Source: a virus
Lineage: Duplodnaviria; Caudoviricetes
Length of the DNA: 47,765 bases
Virus record (IMG/VR): IMGVR_UViG_3300013122_000001
Location: 1 to 47,765 of that record
Strand: one strand, 5' to 3'
Part shown: positions 17,880 through 26,982 of the stretch, one piece after another
Layout: each line of letters begins with the position of its first letter
How positions within the stretch are numbered: position 1 is the stretch's first letter
Made by a program: the position numbers and the translations under genes
Notes under the pieces: model-generated
Told to the model about the DNA's origin: nothing
Database searches by the model: none
The model's input: only the letters and a program-made list of their open reading frames with translations

Positions 17880-18008
17880 AAACGATATCCAATACGTAGG
17901 TAACTATAAGCAGCAGTTAGAGGAATTTAACAAGCAGATCAATCCGAAAATGAGTAAAGAAGAACGGTTGAAAATTCTGGAGCAATACAAGAAGGAACGT
18001 GGGTTGTA

Positions 18009-18335
18009 ATGGAGCTTACTCCAGTTGTCAAAGAACTACACCAAGCTACCAAGCGATTGAGTACGGCGAGTAAAGAAATATTCAAACTTGCATCTGACAA
18101 AGCTCTGAAAGAAAATGCGTACCGGAAAGCATTAGCTGTAGAGATTCTGAAATTAAGAGATGAAAAGATTCCAGCTACACTCATAAGTGATTTAGCAAGG
18201 GGAAACGTTGCTTACTTCAAATACGAGCGTGATTTAGCTGCCGACACATATAAGAGTGGCATAAGTGCCATGGAAGCCTTAAAAGCCGAAATAAACGCTC
18301 TGCAAAGTATAGCGAAGTATCAGAGTGAAGTGTAA
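18009..18335 (+). CDS. Hypothetical coiled-coil protein
   Basis: Helical ORF near the late regulator. Confidence 0.6.
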   Translation: MELTPVVKELHQATKRLSTASKEIFKLASDKALKENAYRKALAVEILKLRDEKIPATLISDLARGNVAYFKYERDLAADTYKSGISAMEALKAEINALQSIAKYQSEV

Positions 18336-18402
18336 AAGATGACACTATCATGACACTTTTCGTATCAACTTTCATTGTAAGATAAGTGTAAGAGGTGATT
18401 AT

Positions 18403-19302
18403 GTGAGATACAAATGTTTCTGTGAAACCAATCCATATGATTTAACAAAAGAAGAAATAAGGTTCATGTTGCGAAAATCAAACAGATATCAACCAGAAGA
18501 ATTTGTGAAACATTACAATATAGACGGTGATACCTTTAAAAAAATAATTAAGATAAAAGGTCTTGTTCTTACAAGGGTCGAGAGATCCATGCTTCGTGAG
18601 ATGAGTAAAGCTGATGAAGAGGGTTTTACTTCTACGAAGAATGGTATGCCATACGACCCGTTAAACGTTGATGAAATACCAAAAGTGTTAATATGCGCTC
18701 TTTATGGAGTGGATTTTGAAATAGTAAATGGGAAAAGGCATTACGACGTTGAACAATTCGAAAGAGCGAAAGAAGATGTGGGAAACAAGATTGAAAAGTA
18801 CGAGAGAATCATGAAAGGTCCGGAAAAAACACAGGGATACTCCAAGTTAAGCAGATTAGACTTAATCGCCATGCGGATATTCAGAGGATATAACAGGCAG
18901 AAATTATCGAAAGAAACTGCATTAACCATCAACATGATAAAGGAATACGAAAGTAAAGGTTCTAAAATCCCACTTTATGTTGAGAACACATATAAAGAAG
19001 TTCTGGGTATTAAGAACAGACACATCATTCAACTAAGAGAAATTATGAGTGGGCAGAGTAAAAGTATAACTGATGACAGAGAAATTCCAAAGATCATAAA
19101 ACTTAAAGTTTGGAAAAGAGATAAAGGAAAGTGCGTGAAATGTGCTGCCAGAGATAAACTACATTACCATCACATCAAAAGGTTTGCAGAAGGTGGTCAG
19201 CACACTGAAGAAAATTTGATGTTGTTGTGCGCAGGATGTCATGCAGAGGAACATAAGGGCGAAAAAGCCTATTACATGTTAAAAAAGATGGCGGAGGGAT
19301 GA
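18403..19302 (+). CDS. HTH-HNH endonuclease
   Basis: XRE-like HTH (RIFRGYNRQKLSKETAL..YE) plus RDKGKCVKC..HHI..GG..NL..LCAGCH. Confidence 0.8.
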   Translation: MRYKCFCETNPYDLTKEEIRFMLRKSNRYQPEEFVKHYNIDGDTFKKIIKIKGLVLTRVERSMLREMSKADEEGFTSTKNGMPYDPLNVDEIPKVLICALYGVDFEIVNGKRHYDVEQFERAKEDVGNKIEKYERIMKGPEKTQGYSKLSRLDLIAMRIFRGYNRQKLSKETALTINMIKEYESKGSKIPLYVENTYKEVLGIKNRHIIQLREIMSGQSKSITDDREIPKIIKLKVWKRDKGKCVKCAARDKLHYHHIKRFAEGGQHTEENLMLLCAGCHAEEHKGEKAYYMLKKMAEG

Positions 19303-19739
19303 TTACTTTGAAAACCTTTCATGAAATAGAGAACGCGTTACGTGATTATAACTGGATGACAAAAGAGGTTACTAGATTGACAGAGGAATTAAAAGGGGTT
19401 AATGCTAAACTAACCGCACAATATGGGATTGAAGCGACCATGCCGAAAAGTGATGGAGTAAGCAACCCGACAGAAACAGAATACATCAGCAAAGAGAGAA
19501 AACAAAAAACCCTTGATAAGTTCAAGAAAAAAATCGAGTTTATCGGCACTCATTCATCTTGCATTGAGGATGACAGACAACTAACCGTACTGAATTGTAT
19601 GCTGGATGGAATGAGTATTGTGTCTATCTCGCAACACATGGGATTTAGCGAACGAAAAATTTACACAATCAAGGATGAAATCGTGAGGAATATGAAGGAA
19701 AATGCAGAAAAAGCGGGATATGCGGGAATTGCAGGATGA
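19299..19739 (+). CDS. ArpU/RinA-like late transcriptional activator
   Basis: TAQYGIEATMPK; C-terminal sigma region-4-like HTH; last gene before the late region. Confidence 0.75.
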   Translation: MITLKTFHEIENALRDYNWMTKEVTRLTEELKGVNAKLTAQYGIEATMPKSDGVSNPTETEYISKERKQKTLDKFKKKIEFIGTHSSCIEDDRQLTVLNCMLDGMSIVSISQHMGFSERKIYTIKDEIVRNMKENAEKAGYAGIAG

Positions 19740-19769
19740 TTGAACTAGAGTAATGAAATAAATTATAAT
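19703..19769 (+). promoter_or_regulatory. Late promoter with four 9-bp activator repeats
   Basis: TGCAGAAAA AGCGGGATA TGCGGGAAT TGCAGGATG then TTGAAC-18-TATAAT. Confidence 0.6.
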
Positions 19770-19842
19770 TAGAGTATCGAGAGGTAACGGAAATTACCTT
19801 CTCTATCGGGAATTACTTCGACAAAATTTGTTTGTGATTGAT

Positions 19843-19875
19843 AAGCATCTATCCATTGGGTAGGTGCTTCTTTCT
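19843..19875 (+). terminator. Intrinsic terminator
   Basis: AAGCATCTATCC/GGGTAGGTGCTT stem then T-rich tail. Confidence 0.65.
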
Positions 19876-20012
19876 TTGTAAACCGCTAGAACCAGTAAGA
19901 CGGTGGGAATAGACTCGCTGCATGGTTTGGCGGTTTAGAGGGAAAGAATATTGAATAATGTTGTGTATATAGAGTAATATGGTCTTTAAGACAATAAGGA
20001 AGGTGAATCAAG

Positions 20013-20192
20013 ATGAAATTCGAAGTCGATTGGTCGAAGATGACACCTAAACACAATATTCATATTCCAGAACACGACCATAAGATGACTGATTACGCAA
20101 GAGACAATCTCGCTACCATGTTGGTGGAGCATAGAGAGTCCAAGAGAAATCGTTTTATAAAGTGGATAAAACAATTAAAAGCATCCAAATAG
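20013..20192 (+). CDS. Moron, hypothetical protein (59 aa)
   Basis: AAGGAAGGTG RBS; ends in terminator 20177-20204. Confidence 0.6.
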   Translation: MKFEVDWSKMTPKHNIHIPEHDHKMTDYARDNLATMLVEHRESKRNRFIKWIKQLKASK

Positions 20193-20230
20193 GGTGCTTT
20201 TTTCTATGTCAAAAGTAAAGGGGTGAATAC

Positions 20231-21415
20231 ATGGAATGGACACCAGAGAAAGATAAAAAGCTACTGGAGTTAAAAGAACGGAAGCTAACCTATGAGGATA
20301 TAGCAAAGGAAATGGAAACAACACTCAATTCCGTTGCCAAGAGATTGCAGAAGCTTAGACAGAAACCTCGGGCCGAGCGTGTGAAGGGTGTAGAGGAATA
20401 CAAGTATAAAGAGTCTCACGAAATTATGCCAGACGGATCTCATAAGAGTGACAAACTCGTGTGGATGGATGATAAGAAAAAGAAAGATGCAAATTTCCTG
20501 TTGGATGCTCATGGTTTCGATGCAGATGCATGGGACTTAACTAAAGCAGAAAACAATATCTGGAATGGCTACTCCAAACAAGATGGAATCATGACACTGT
20601 ATTCATCCAGGATATCAGCAAAACCGAAAGTATTGAAATTCGACTGGACGAGATTACATAACCTTATCGAACAAAAACCATCTATCCATGTAGACAGGAT
20701 AAGTTATGTAGGGGGAGACAGATATCTAGTCATTCCTCTGTTCGACTTACATTTCGGGATAAACGATTGTGAACATTATAAACCGACTCAGGCTAAAGTA
20801 TTAAACCTCTTAGACAAAACCTATAAAGAAACACTCATCATCTTAGGAAGTGACTTATTCCATCACAACGATCACCGCAACAGAACGGCATCAGGTAGAG
20901 AGATAGAACATGCAGATATGACGATTGCATGGGAGGAAGCAGAGAAGTTCTATTCTCCAATTCTTCACCAATCATTAAAGAATAGCGAAAAGGTATCGGT
21001 TATGTTCGTGAAAGGGAATCACTCGGAGTCATTGGAGTGGGCCTTTACGAAGATGATTAAGAAAGCTTTTCCTCAATTACATGTAGATGATTCATTCCGA
21101 GAGAGAAAAGCGCACCTTATGGGACGCATAATGATAGGTTCGACACATGGTGATAAAGCAAACCTCAATAAGATAGCTGAACTATTCACCACAGAATTTC
21201 CTCTGTTATGGGCGCAAGCAAAAACAAGAGAAGTCTTATGCGGAGACAAACACCATGAAGAGGTAAAGGATAAGGGTGGAATAGTAGTAAGGCAGTTCAG
21301 CACCAGGAATAAAACAGATAAGTACCATGATGATTACGGTTATACTGCAGCACATAAGAGATTCCAAGTGCTTGAGTATAGTGAGGAAGAATTAGAACAC
21401 ATTTATATTGTATAA
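20231..21415 (+). CDS. HTH + calcineurin-like metallophosphoesterase
   Basis: DLHFG, GSDLFH, KGNH, THGD, GDKHH motifs; N-terminal WT..TYEDIAKEM HTH. Confidence 0.8.
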   Translation: MEWTPEKDKKLLELKERKLTYEDIAKEMETTLNSVAKRLQKLRQKPRAERVKGVEEYKYKESHEIMPDGSHKSDKLVWMDDKKKKDANFLLDAHGFDADAWDLTKAENNIWNGYSKQDGIMTLYSSRISAKPKVLKFDWTRLHNLIEQKPSIHVDRISYVGGDRYLVIPLFDLHFGINDCEHYKPTQAKVLNLLDKTYKETLIILGSDLFHHNDHRNRTASGREIEHADMTIAWEEAEKFYSPILHQSLKNSEKVSVMFVKGNHSESLEWAFTKMIKKAFPQLHVDDSFRERKAHLMGRIMIGSTHGDKANLNKIAELFTTEFPLLWAQAKTREVLCGDKHHEEVKDKGGIVVRQFSTRNKTDKYHDDYGYTAAHKRFQVLEYSEEELEHIYIV

Positions 21416-21419
21416 GGGT

Positions 21420-21446
21420 GCAGGTTAAATCCTCCTTCTGTTGAAT
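21420..21446 (+). promoter_or_regulatory. sigma-H-type promoter
   Basis: GCAGGTTAA-11-GTTGAAT. Confidence 0.6.
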
Positions 21447-21472
21447 ATTAATAGTGTAGGAGGGATATAAAA

Positions 21473-21697
21473 ATGGATGAACTATGCTATTCAGATATAC
21501 AAATAGGTGATCGTGTTAAGATAAAGTTCGATGAATCTAATCCAAAGATACCTAAGAACATTCACGGTTTATGGATTACAGTAGAAGGTATTAATCAAGT
21601 AGGTAATCCTACATTCTGGTGTCCTAGAAAGAACAATAGAAGGACTATTAGAGAAGGCAATGTAGACCGAATCGAAAGACACTTCATAAGAAAATAA
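21473..21697 (+). CDS. Moron, small beta-rich hypothetical protein
   Basis: AGGAGGG RBS; IQIGDRVKI. Confidence 0.65.
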   Translation: MDELCYSDIQIGDRVKIKFDESNPKIPKNIHGLWITVEGINQVGNPTFWCPRKNNRRTIREGNVDRIERHFIRK

Positions 21698-21778
21698 GCA
21701 TTCCTCTGGGTGATTTATATATTTCCGGGTATCTTAACCAACCTCCTTTGTCATATAATGGTATGAAGGAGGGATGCC

Positions 21779-21910
21779 ATGAAGATAGAGACTGATATCC
21801 AGTTCATTTGTGAGATAGATGGAATGCACGTATTTTGGGTGAAGTTCGGAGACTCTGGAAGAATGGTGACCGTGCGGCCGGAGGATTTAGAAGAAGAGGA
21901 TGATCCGTAG
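21779..21910 (+). CDS. Moron, acidic hypothetical protein (43 aa)
   Basis: AAGGAGGG RBS, MKIETDIQFICE... Confidence 0.6.
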   Translation: MKIETDIQFICEIDGMHVFWVKFGDSGRMVTVRPEDLEEEDDP

Positions 21911-21912
21911 TT

Positions 21913-21940
21913 AAAGGAATTTACCTCCTGTTTGTCGAAT
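21913..21940 (+). promoter_or_regulatory. sigma-H promoter
   Basis: AAAGGAATT-12-GTCGAAT, full match to RNAGGAWWW-N11/12-RNNGAAT. Confidence 0.75.
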
Positions 21941-21968
21941 CAAGATTTAGACGAAGGGAGAGGTTTAA

Positions 21969-22175
21969 ATGAGACATAAGAATTACTACTTAATAAAACA
22001 TAACAACAATAACCATCTTGTTATGGCTTACGACGGAATAGAAGCTACAAACATATGGTATGAGACAAGAGTGAAAGAAAGGGAAGAGGAAGGGATTAAA
22101 GTCCGATTCAACCCTAAAGAGTTTTCAGTCTTAGAGTTATGTACTGAAGGAACAGTAATGCGGGCATCCGAATAG
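21969..22175 (+). CDS. Moron, hypothetical protein
   Basis: Own promoter, RBS, and terminator 22163-22190. Confidence 0.65.
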   Translation: MRHKNYYLIKHNNNNHLVMAYDGIEATNIWYETRVKEREEEGIKVRFNPKEFSVLELCTEGTVMRASE

Positions 22176-22214
22176 ACGGGTGCTTTTTTCTATGTTAGGA
22201 GGGAGTGAGATGAT

Positions 22215-22637
22215 GTGAAACTTACAGAGAAGCAGAAGAGATTCGCTGATTATTATATAGAGACAGGTAATGCGACAGAAGCAGCAAGAAAAGCAGGCTA
22301 CAAAGGGAAGAACCTAAATAAGCTTGCTTCAGAAAACTTGGCAAAACTAGACATTCGAACATACATTGACGAACAAATAGCCAAAAAGGATGCAGAGCGC
22401 ATCGCCAAGCAAGACGAAATTCTGGCTTATCTCTCCAGTATCATGCGTGGTGAACATACAGAACAAACGCTCAGAGGTGTTGGTGAAGGTGCTCAGGTCA
22501 TTGATGATATCGACATATCAGCCAAGGATAGAATTAAAGCTGCTGAACTACTCGGTAAACGTTATGCGATGTGGACAGATAAGCAACAGGTAGAAGGTCT
22601 GGTACCTGTTACGATCGTGAATGATTTAGATGACTAA
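22215..22637 (+). CDS. terS: Terminase small subunit
   Basis: LTEKQKRFADYYIETGNATEAARKAGY..RIKAAELLGK. Confidence 0.95.
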   Translation: MKLTEKQKRFADYYIETGNATEAARKAGYKGKNLNKLASENLAKLDIRTYIDEQIAKKDAERIAKQDEILAYLSSIMRGEHTEQTLRGVGEGAQVIDDIDISAKDRIKAAELLGKRYAMWTDKQQVEGLVPVTIVNDLDD

Positions 22638-23874
22638 CGGCGTTACAGTCAGCCTGAAAGAAATCGTGGGCGGCGGCTACAAAGAATATTGGAATTACAA
22701 AGGTCGTTACCGTGTCGCGAAGGGTGGACGTGGTTCCAAGAAATCCACAACAACCGCACTGAACACCATTAATCGTATGATGGAATATCCATTGGCGAAT
22801 ACACTGGTACTGAGGAAAGTATTTAAAGATCATAAGGATTCCACTTACGCTCAGTTGAAATGGGCGATAAGAAGATTAAAGGTGGAACATCTATGGGTGG
22901 CGAAACTATCACCATTAGAAATAATCTATAAACCAACAGGGCAAAAAATAATGTTCCGAGGGTTAGATGACCCAATGAGTGTTACATCCATCACTGTGGA
23001 AACTGGTTACCTCTGCTGGGCATGGTTTGAAGAGGCCTATCAAATCATGAACGAAGATGACTTTGACAAAATTGATATGTCCATACGTGGTGAATTGCCA
23101 CCAGGATACTTTAAACAACTAACGCTTACTTTTAACCCGTGGAATGAAAAACACTGGTTGAAGAAGCGTTTTTTTGATGCCAAATCTAATAATATCCTAG
23201 CCGTAACCACTAATTACAAATGCAATGAGTTCCTTGGTGAAGATGATAGAGAGTTGTTTGAGTGGATGAAGATCCACAACCCCAGACGTTACAAAATCGA
23301 AGGATTAGGCGATTGGGGTATTGCTGAGGGTGCTATCTTCGCTAACTGGATGGAATTAAACTTCGATAAGACAGAAATTGCAAAGAGAATTGGTGTAGAA
23401 GCTGTATTCGGATTGGATTTTGGTTATACAAACGATCCTACTGCATTAAGTTGTGCATTTGTTGACGTGAAGAACAGGGAATTATTCATATTTGATGAAA
23501 TGTATGAAAAAGCATTACTTAATGATGAAATAGCCAAACAGATATCTGAAAAAGGATATGGTAAAGAGCTTATTATTGCAGATAGCTCGGAACCTAAATC
23601 TATTGTCGATTTAAAGAGATATGGTTTGAGAAGAGTGAAAGCAGCTGATAAAGGACCGGATAGCGTGAAGAATGGTATCCAGTTCATTCAACAGTTCAAA
23701 ATATATGTCCATCCATCGTGCCAGAACTTCCAAGTGGAGTTAGCTAACTATGTGTGGGACCGAAACAAAGAAGGCCAGATGATTAACAAACCAATTGATG
23801 AATACAACCATCTTATAGATGCGTTGAGATATAGCTTGGAAATCAGCAGAAAACGAAATAGGACATTAAGGTAG
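22630..23874 (+). CDS. terL: Terminase large subunit, PBSX/SPP1 family (headful)
   Basis: KGGRGSKKS, WFEEA, TFNP, GLDFGYTNDP, NHLIDALRY. Confidence 0.95.
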   Translation: MTNGVTVSLKEIVGGGYKEYWNYKGRYRVAKGGRGSKKSTTTALNTINRMMEYPLANTLVLRKVFKDHKDSTYAQLKWAIRRLKVEHLWVAKLSPLEIIYKPTGQKIMFRGLDDPMSVTSITVETGYLCWAWFEEAYQIMNEDDFDKIDMSIRGELPPGYFKQLTLTFNPWNEKHWLKKRFFDAKSNNILAVTTNYKCNEFLGEDDRELFEWMKIHNPRRYKIEGLGDWGIAEGAIFANWMELNFDKTEIAKRIGVEAVFGLDFGYTNDPTALSCAFVDVKNRELFIFDEMYEKALLNDEIAKQISEKGYGKELIIADSSEPKSIVDLKRYGLRRVKAADKGPDSVKNGIQFIQQFKIYVHPSCQNFQVELANYVWDRNKEGQMINKPIDEYNHLIDALRYSLEISRKRNRTLR

Positions 23875-25416
23875 GTGAAACCAATGCAAAAATACCTCAA
23901 AAAAATTAAAGAGAACAACGATCAGATAGATTCCGAATTACTGCGTGATATTATCGCGGACCACAAAGAGGAACGTGACCGCATGATTAAGCTATATGAG
24001 CGCTACAAAGCCAGCCAGAAGGGTGTACCTATCCTAAGACGTAACCTCATTGATTACGAGGATTTCAAGTCTGACAGGATGAAGCGTATCGATAATAAGG
24101 TCAATAACATGCTGAACAACGCATTTGATGCGGATATAGTAGATACAAAGGTTGGGTATATGTTCGGCCATCCAATTACGTATGAGTTCGATGATAAGCG
24201 TGAGCCTGGTACTTCTTCACCAACGAAAGACCTGATAGACGAGTTCAATATCCGTAACCATGTAGAGGATGAAGATAGCGAGCTTGGAAAGATGGCTGCT
24301 ATATGTGGGAGAGCTGCACGGTTGGCCTACATCGACATTGAAGGTAATGAACGCGTGAAGAATATCAACCCGTGGGAAGTTATTTTCATTGGTGATGACA
24401 TACATGAGCCTAACTACTCTATCCGTTATTACGATGGATTAGACAAGGAACAACATGCAGAGTTCTATAATGGTTCCGATATCCAGTTCTTCACTACCAA
24501 TGAAGCTGGGGATTATGTAGAAGCAGAGGTAAAAGAACACCTCTTCGAGTTTAATCCGTTATACGGGGTAGCCAACAACAAAGAGCTGCAAGGGGATGCG
24601 GAAAAGGTATTAAGCTTGATTGATGCCTATGACAGAACACTCTCTGATGCTTCTAATGAGATTGAACAGTATCGCCTAGCTTACCTAGTCATCAAAGGTT
24701 TAACCGCCGGAGACGGAACAGAGGATGAGATGAGACGCGGGAAAATCATCGAGCTTCTGGAAAAGGATGATGATGTGTCCTACTTAACCAAGGACATTAA
24801 CGATGCGTTGATTGAACATCACCTTGACCGATTAGAAAAGAACATCTTGAAATTTGCCAAGAGTGTGGATTTCACGGATGAATCATTTGCTGATGGAGCT
24901 TCAGGTGTTGCGCTAAAACAGAAGCTTCGTTCACTGGAGAATAAATGTATCACTATGGAACGTAAATTTAATGCTATGCTGCGCTATCAATGGAAGGTTA
25001 TCTTCTCGGCATGGTCCACTAAGAGTAAGGTGCAGAAAGAGGACTACTTAAAGGTGTGGCATGGATGGAAGCGAAACAATCCTATCCACCTACTGGAAGA
25101 AGCGCAAGCGACACAGGCTCTACGTGGTCATGTAAGCGAGAGAACGCGACTTGCAGCACTTAGTATTGTCGATGATGTTGATTACGAAATGAAGGAAATG
25201 CAAGAGGACGAGAAAATCTTCGGGAGTTTGCTAGGTGGTTCTATGGGCGGTTCACTAGACATTGACGAGGATGAAGAGGAATCTGGCGAATCAGATGACA
25301 AGTCCAAGAGTAAAACGTGTCCTCAATGTGGAGGTAGTGGGAAGGCGACCAGTACCAGAACCGGCAGACCAATACAGTGTAATCGTTGCGGTGGAGACGG
25401 TGTGATTAGCACATGA
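23875..25416 (+). CDS. SPP1-type portal protein with C-terminal DnaJ-type Zn finger
   Basis: IVDTKVGYMFG, SLIDAYD..SD, SGVAL motifs; tail CPQCGGSG..CNRCGGDG. Confidence 0.9.
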   Translation: MKPMQKYLKKIKENNDQIDSELLRDIIADHKEERDRMIKLYERYKASQKGVPILRRNLIDYEDFKSDRMKRIDNKVNNMLNNAFDADIVDTKVGYMFGHPITYEFDDKREPGTSSPTKDLIDEFNIRNHVEDEDSELGKMAAICGRAARLAYIDIEGNERVKNINPWEVIFIGDDIHEPNYSIRYYDGLDKEQHAEFYNGSDIQFFTTNEAGDYVEAEVKEHLFEFNPLYGVANNKELQGDAEKVLSLIDAYDRTLSDASNEIEQYRLAYLVIKGLTAGDGTEDEMRRGKIIELLEKDDDVSYLTKDINDALIEHHLDRLEKNILKFAKSVDFTDESFADGASGVALKQKLRSLENKCITMERKFNAMLRYQWKVIFSAWSTKSKVQKEDYLKVWHGWKRNNPIHLLEEAQATQALRGHVSERTRLAALSIVDDVDYEMKEMQEDEKIFGSLLGGSMGGSLDIDEDEEESGESDDKSKSKTCPQCGGSGKATSTRTGRPIQCNRCGGDGVIST

Positions 25417-26429
25417 CACAGAACCAACGTGAAATAGATCTCTACCTGGATAAATTACTGGACCAAACAGAATCAGAGCTTGATAGATTGTTTCTGTTAC
25501 GTTTAAGAGATATCCAGAACCAAGTAGCGGCCATGTATCGGAAATACTCCAAGAATGGTGAGCTGACATTCACCGACATCAACAAATACAACCGATTCCA
25601 AAAGGAAATGGCTATCATCGCAGAGAAGATGACCATGGACTACCGCACGATCATAAAGAAGATGAACGCAACCCTCGAAACGCAATATGTCGAGGATTAT
25701 TTACGTTCTGCCTATGTATATGAGTTTGAAGCACAGGTGCCGATGGGGTTCGCTCCACCTTCACAGGAAATCATCAAACAGGCGATTACCAATCCTATTA
25801 AAGCACTTACGCTTCCGGCTATCTTTGAACAACATCGCAATGAGATTGTGAGAAAGATAAATATCGAGATTGCGCAGGGCTTACAAGCCGGAGAGAGTTA
25901 TTCAAAGGTGGCAGCAAGACTTGAGAAAGTAGTGAAGTTCAGCCAGAAGAAAGCTCGGGCAGTCGCAAGGACAGAAGGCGGAAAGGTTCGAAGCATCGCC
26001 CGGCAGGAATCGGCAGACCATGCAACCAAACACGCGGATATGACCAAGGTGTGGGCAAGTAACTTGGATTTAGAGGTTAGAACGTCACACAGGGTTCTGG
26101 ACGGTCAAGAAGCTGATAAGGATGGTAACTTCCATCACAAGGGAGCCAAAGCGCAAGGCCCACATCTTTGGGGAATAGCAAGCATGGACATTAACTGTCG
26201 TTGTTCCATCATTTTTAAGGTAAACGGAAAACTACCACAAGTAAGACGTGCCAGAAACGTTGAGGATGCCGGATATCAGCAGAAATTAGCCGACCGAATA
26301 GATAAGTATATGGAACAGGGAATGACCGAGAAGCAAGCTGAGAAGAAGGCGAAACGTGAGATTAAAGCTCCATCGTTAGTGGTTCCATATCAGCCGTATG
26401 AACAGTGGGTTAAAACATTGAAAGGGTGA
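25413..26429 (+). CDS. Minor head protein (SPP1 gp7/MuF)
   Basis: VARTE..W..VRTSH..LDGQ..INCRC. Confidence 0.9.
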   Translation: MTQNQREIDLYLDKLLDQTESELDRLFLLRLRDIQNQVAAMYRKYSKNGELTFTDINKYNRFQKEMAIIAEKMTMDYRTIIKKMNATLETQYVEDYLRSAYVYEFEAQVPMGFAPPSQEIIKQAITNPIKALTLPAIFEQHRNEIVRKINIEIAQGLQAGESYSKVAARLEKVVKFSQKKARAVARTEGGKVRSIARQESADHATKHADMTKVWASNLDLEVRTSHRVLDGQEADKDGNFHHKGAKAQGPHLWGIASMDINCRCSIIFKVNGKLPQVRRARNVEDAGYQQKLADRIDKYMEQGMTEKQAEKKAKREIKAPSLVVPYQPYEQWVKTLKG

Positions 26430-26620
26430 TAGAAATGGATTATCAAAAATTACAAGAAGAAGCATCAGAAGTGTTGAAGGTTTTAGGACAAAAAATTAAG
26501 GCGGAAATTGTTATGGAATCGGATGAAGGGGCAGCCATTCAGATTGGTGGAGAAAATGGAGAACTTGCTAAGTTGGTAGATTCCTATACCCAACTATACG
26601 CAACTGTAATGAAAGGGTAA
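26426..26620 (+). CDS. Hypothetical protein
   Basis: Overlapping ORF in head operon. Confidence 0.55.
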   Translation: MIEMDYQKLQEEASEVLKVLGQKIKAEIVMESDEGAAIQIGGENGELAKLVDSYTQLYATVMKG

Positions 26621-26622
26621 AA

Positions 26623-26910
26623 ATGATGAGTAAATACAGAAAGAAACCAGTGGAAATTGAAGCTTTTAAGTTTTATGTAGACCCTATGCCTGATTGGTTT
26701 ATGGATAAAGTCACAACCAATGAAGTTAGTCTGAGAAATTGTGGATATAGTCACTCCACTATTGAAGAAGCATATTGTGAAATTAAAACACTCGAAGGAA
26801 CAATGAAAGGCAATGGTGGAGATTACATCATAAAAGGGGTTCAAGGTGAGATATACCCTTGCAAACCCGATATTTTTGAATCTACCTATGAAAAGGTAGA
26901 CGCATTTTAA
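26623..26910 (+). CDS. Conserved phage protein (PGDYG-like)
   Basis: YRKKPVEIEA..IKTLEG..GDYIIKGVQGEIYPCKPDIF. Confidence 0.75.
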   Translation: MMSKYRKKPVEIEAFKFYVDPMPDWFMDKVTTNEVSLRNCGYSHSTIEEAYCEIKTLEGTMKGNGGDYIIKGVQGEIYPCKPDIFESTYEKVDAF

Positions 26911-26982
26911 TCATACTTGACCGAAACGTCGTTAAACTAACACATTAAGGCTCGTACTTAATGGGTAAAAAGGAGGATTCAC

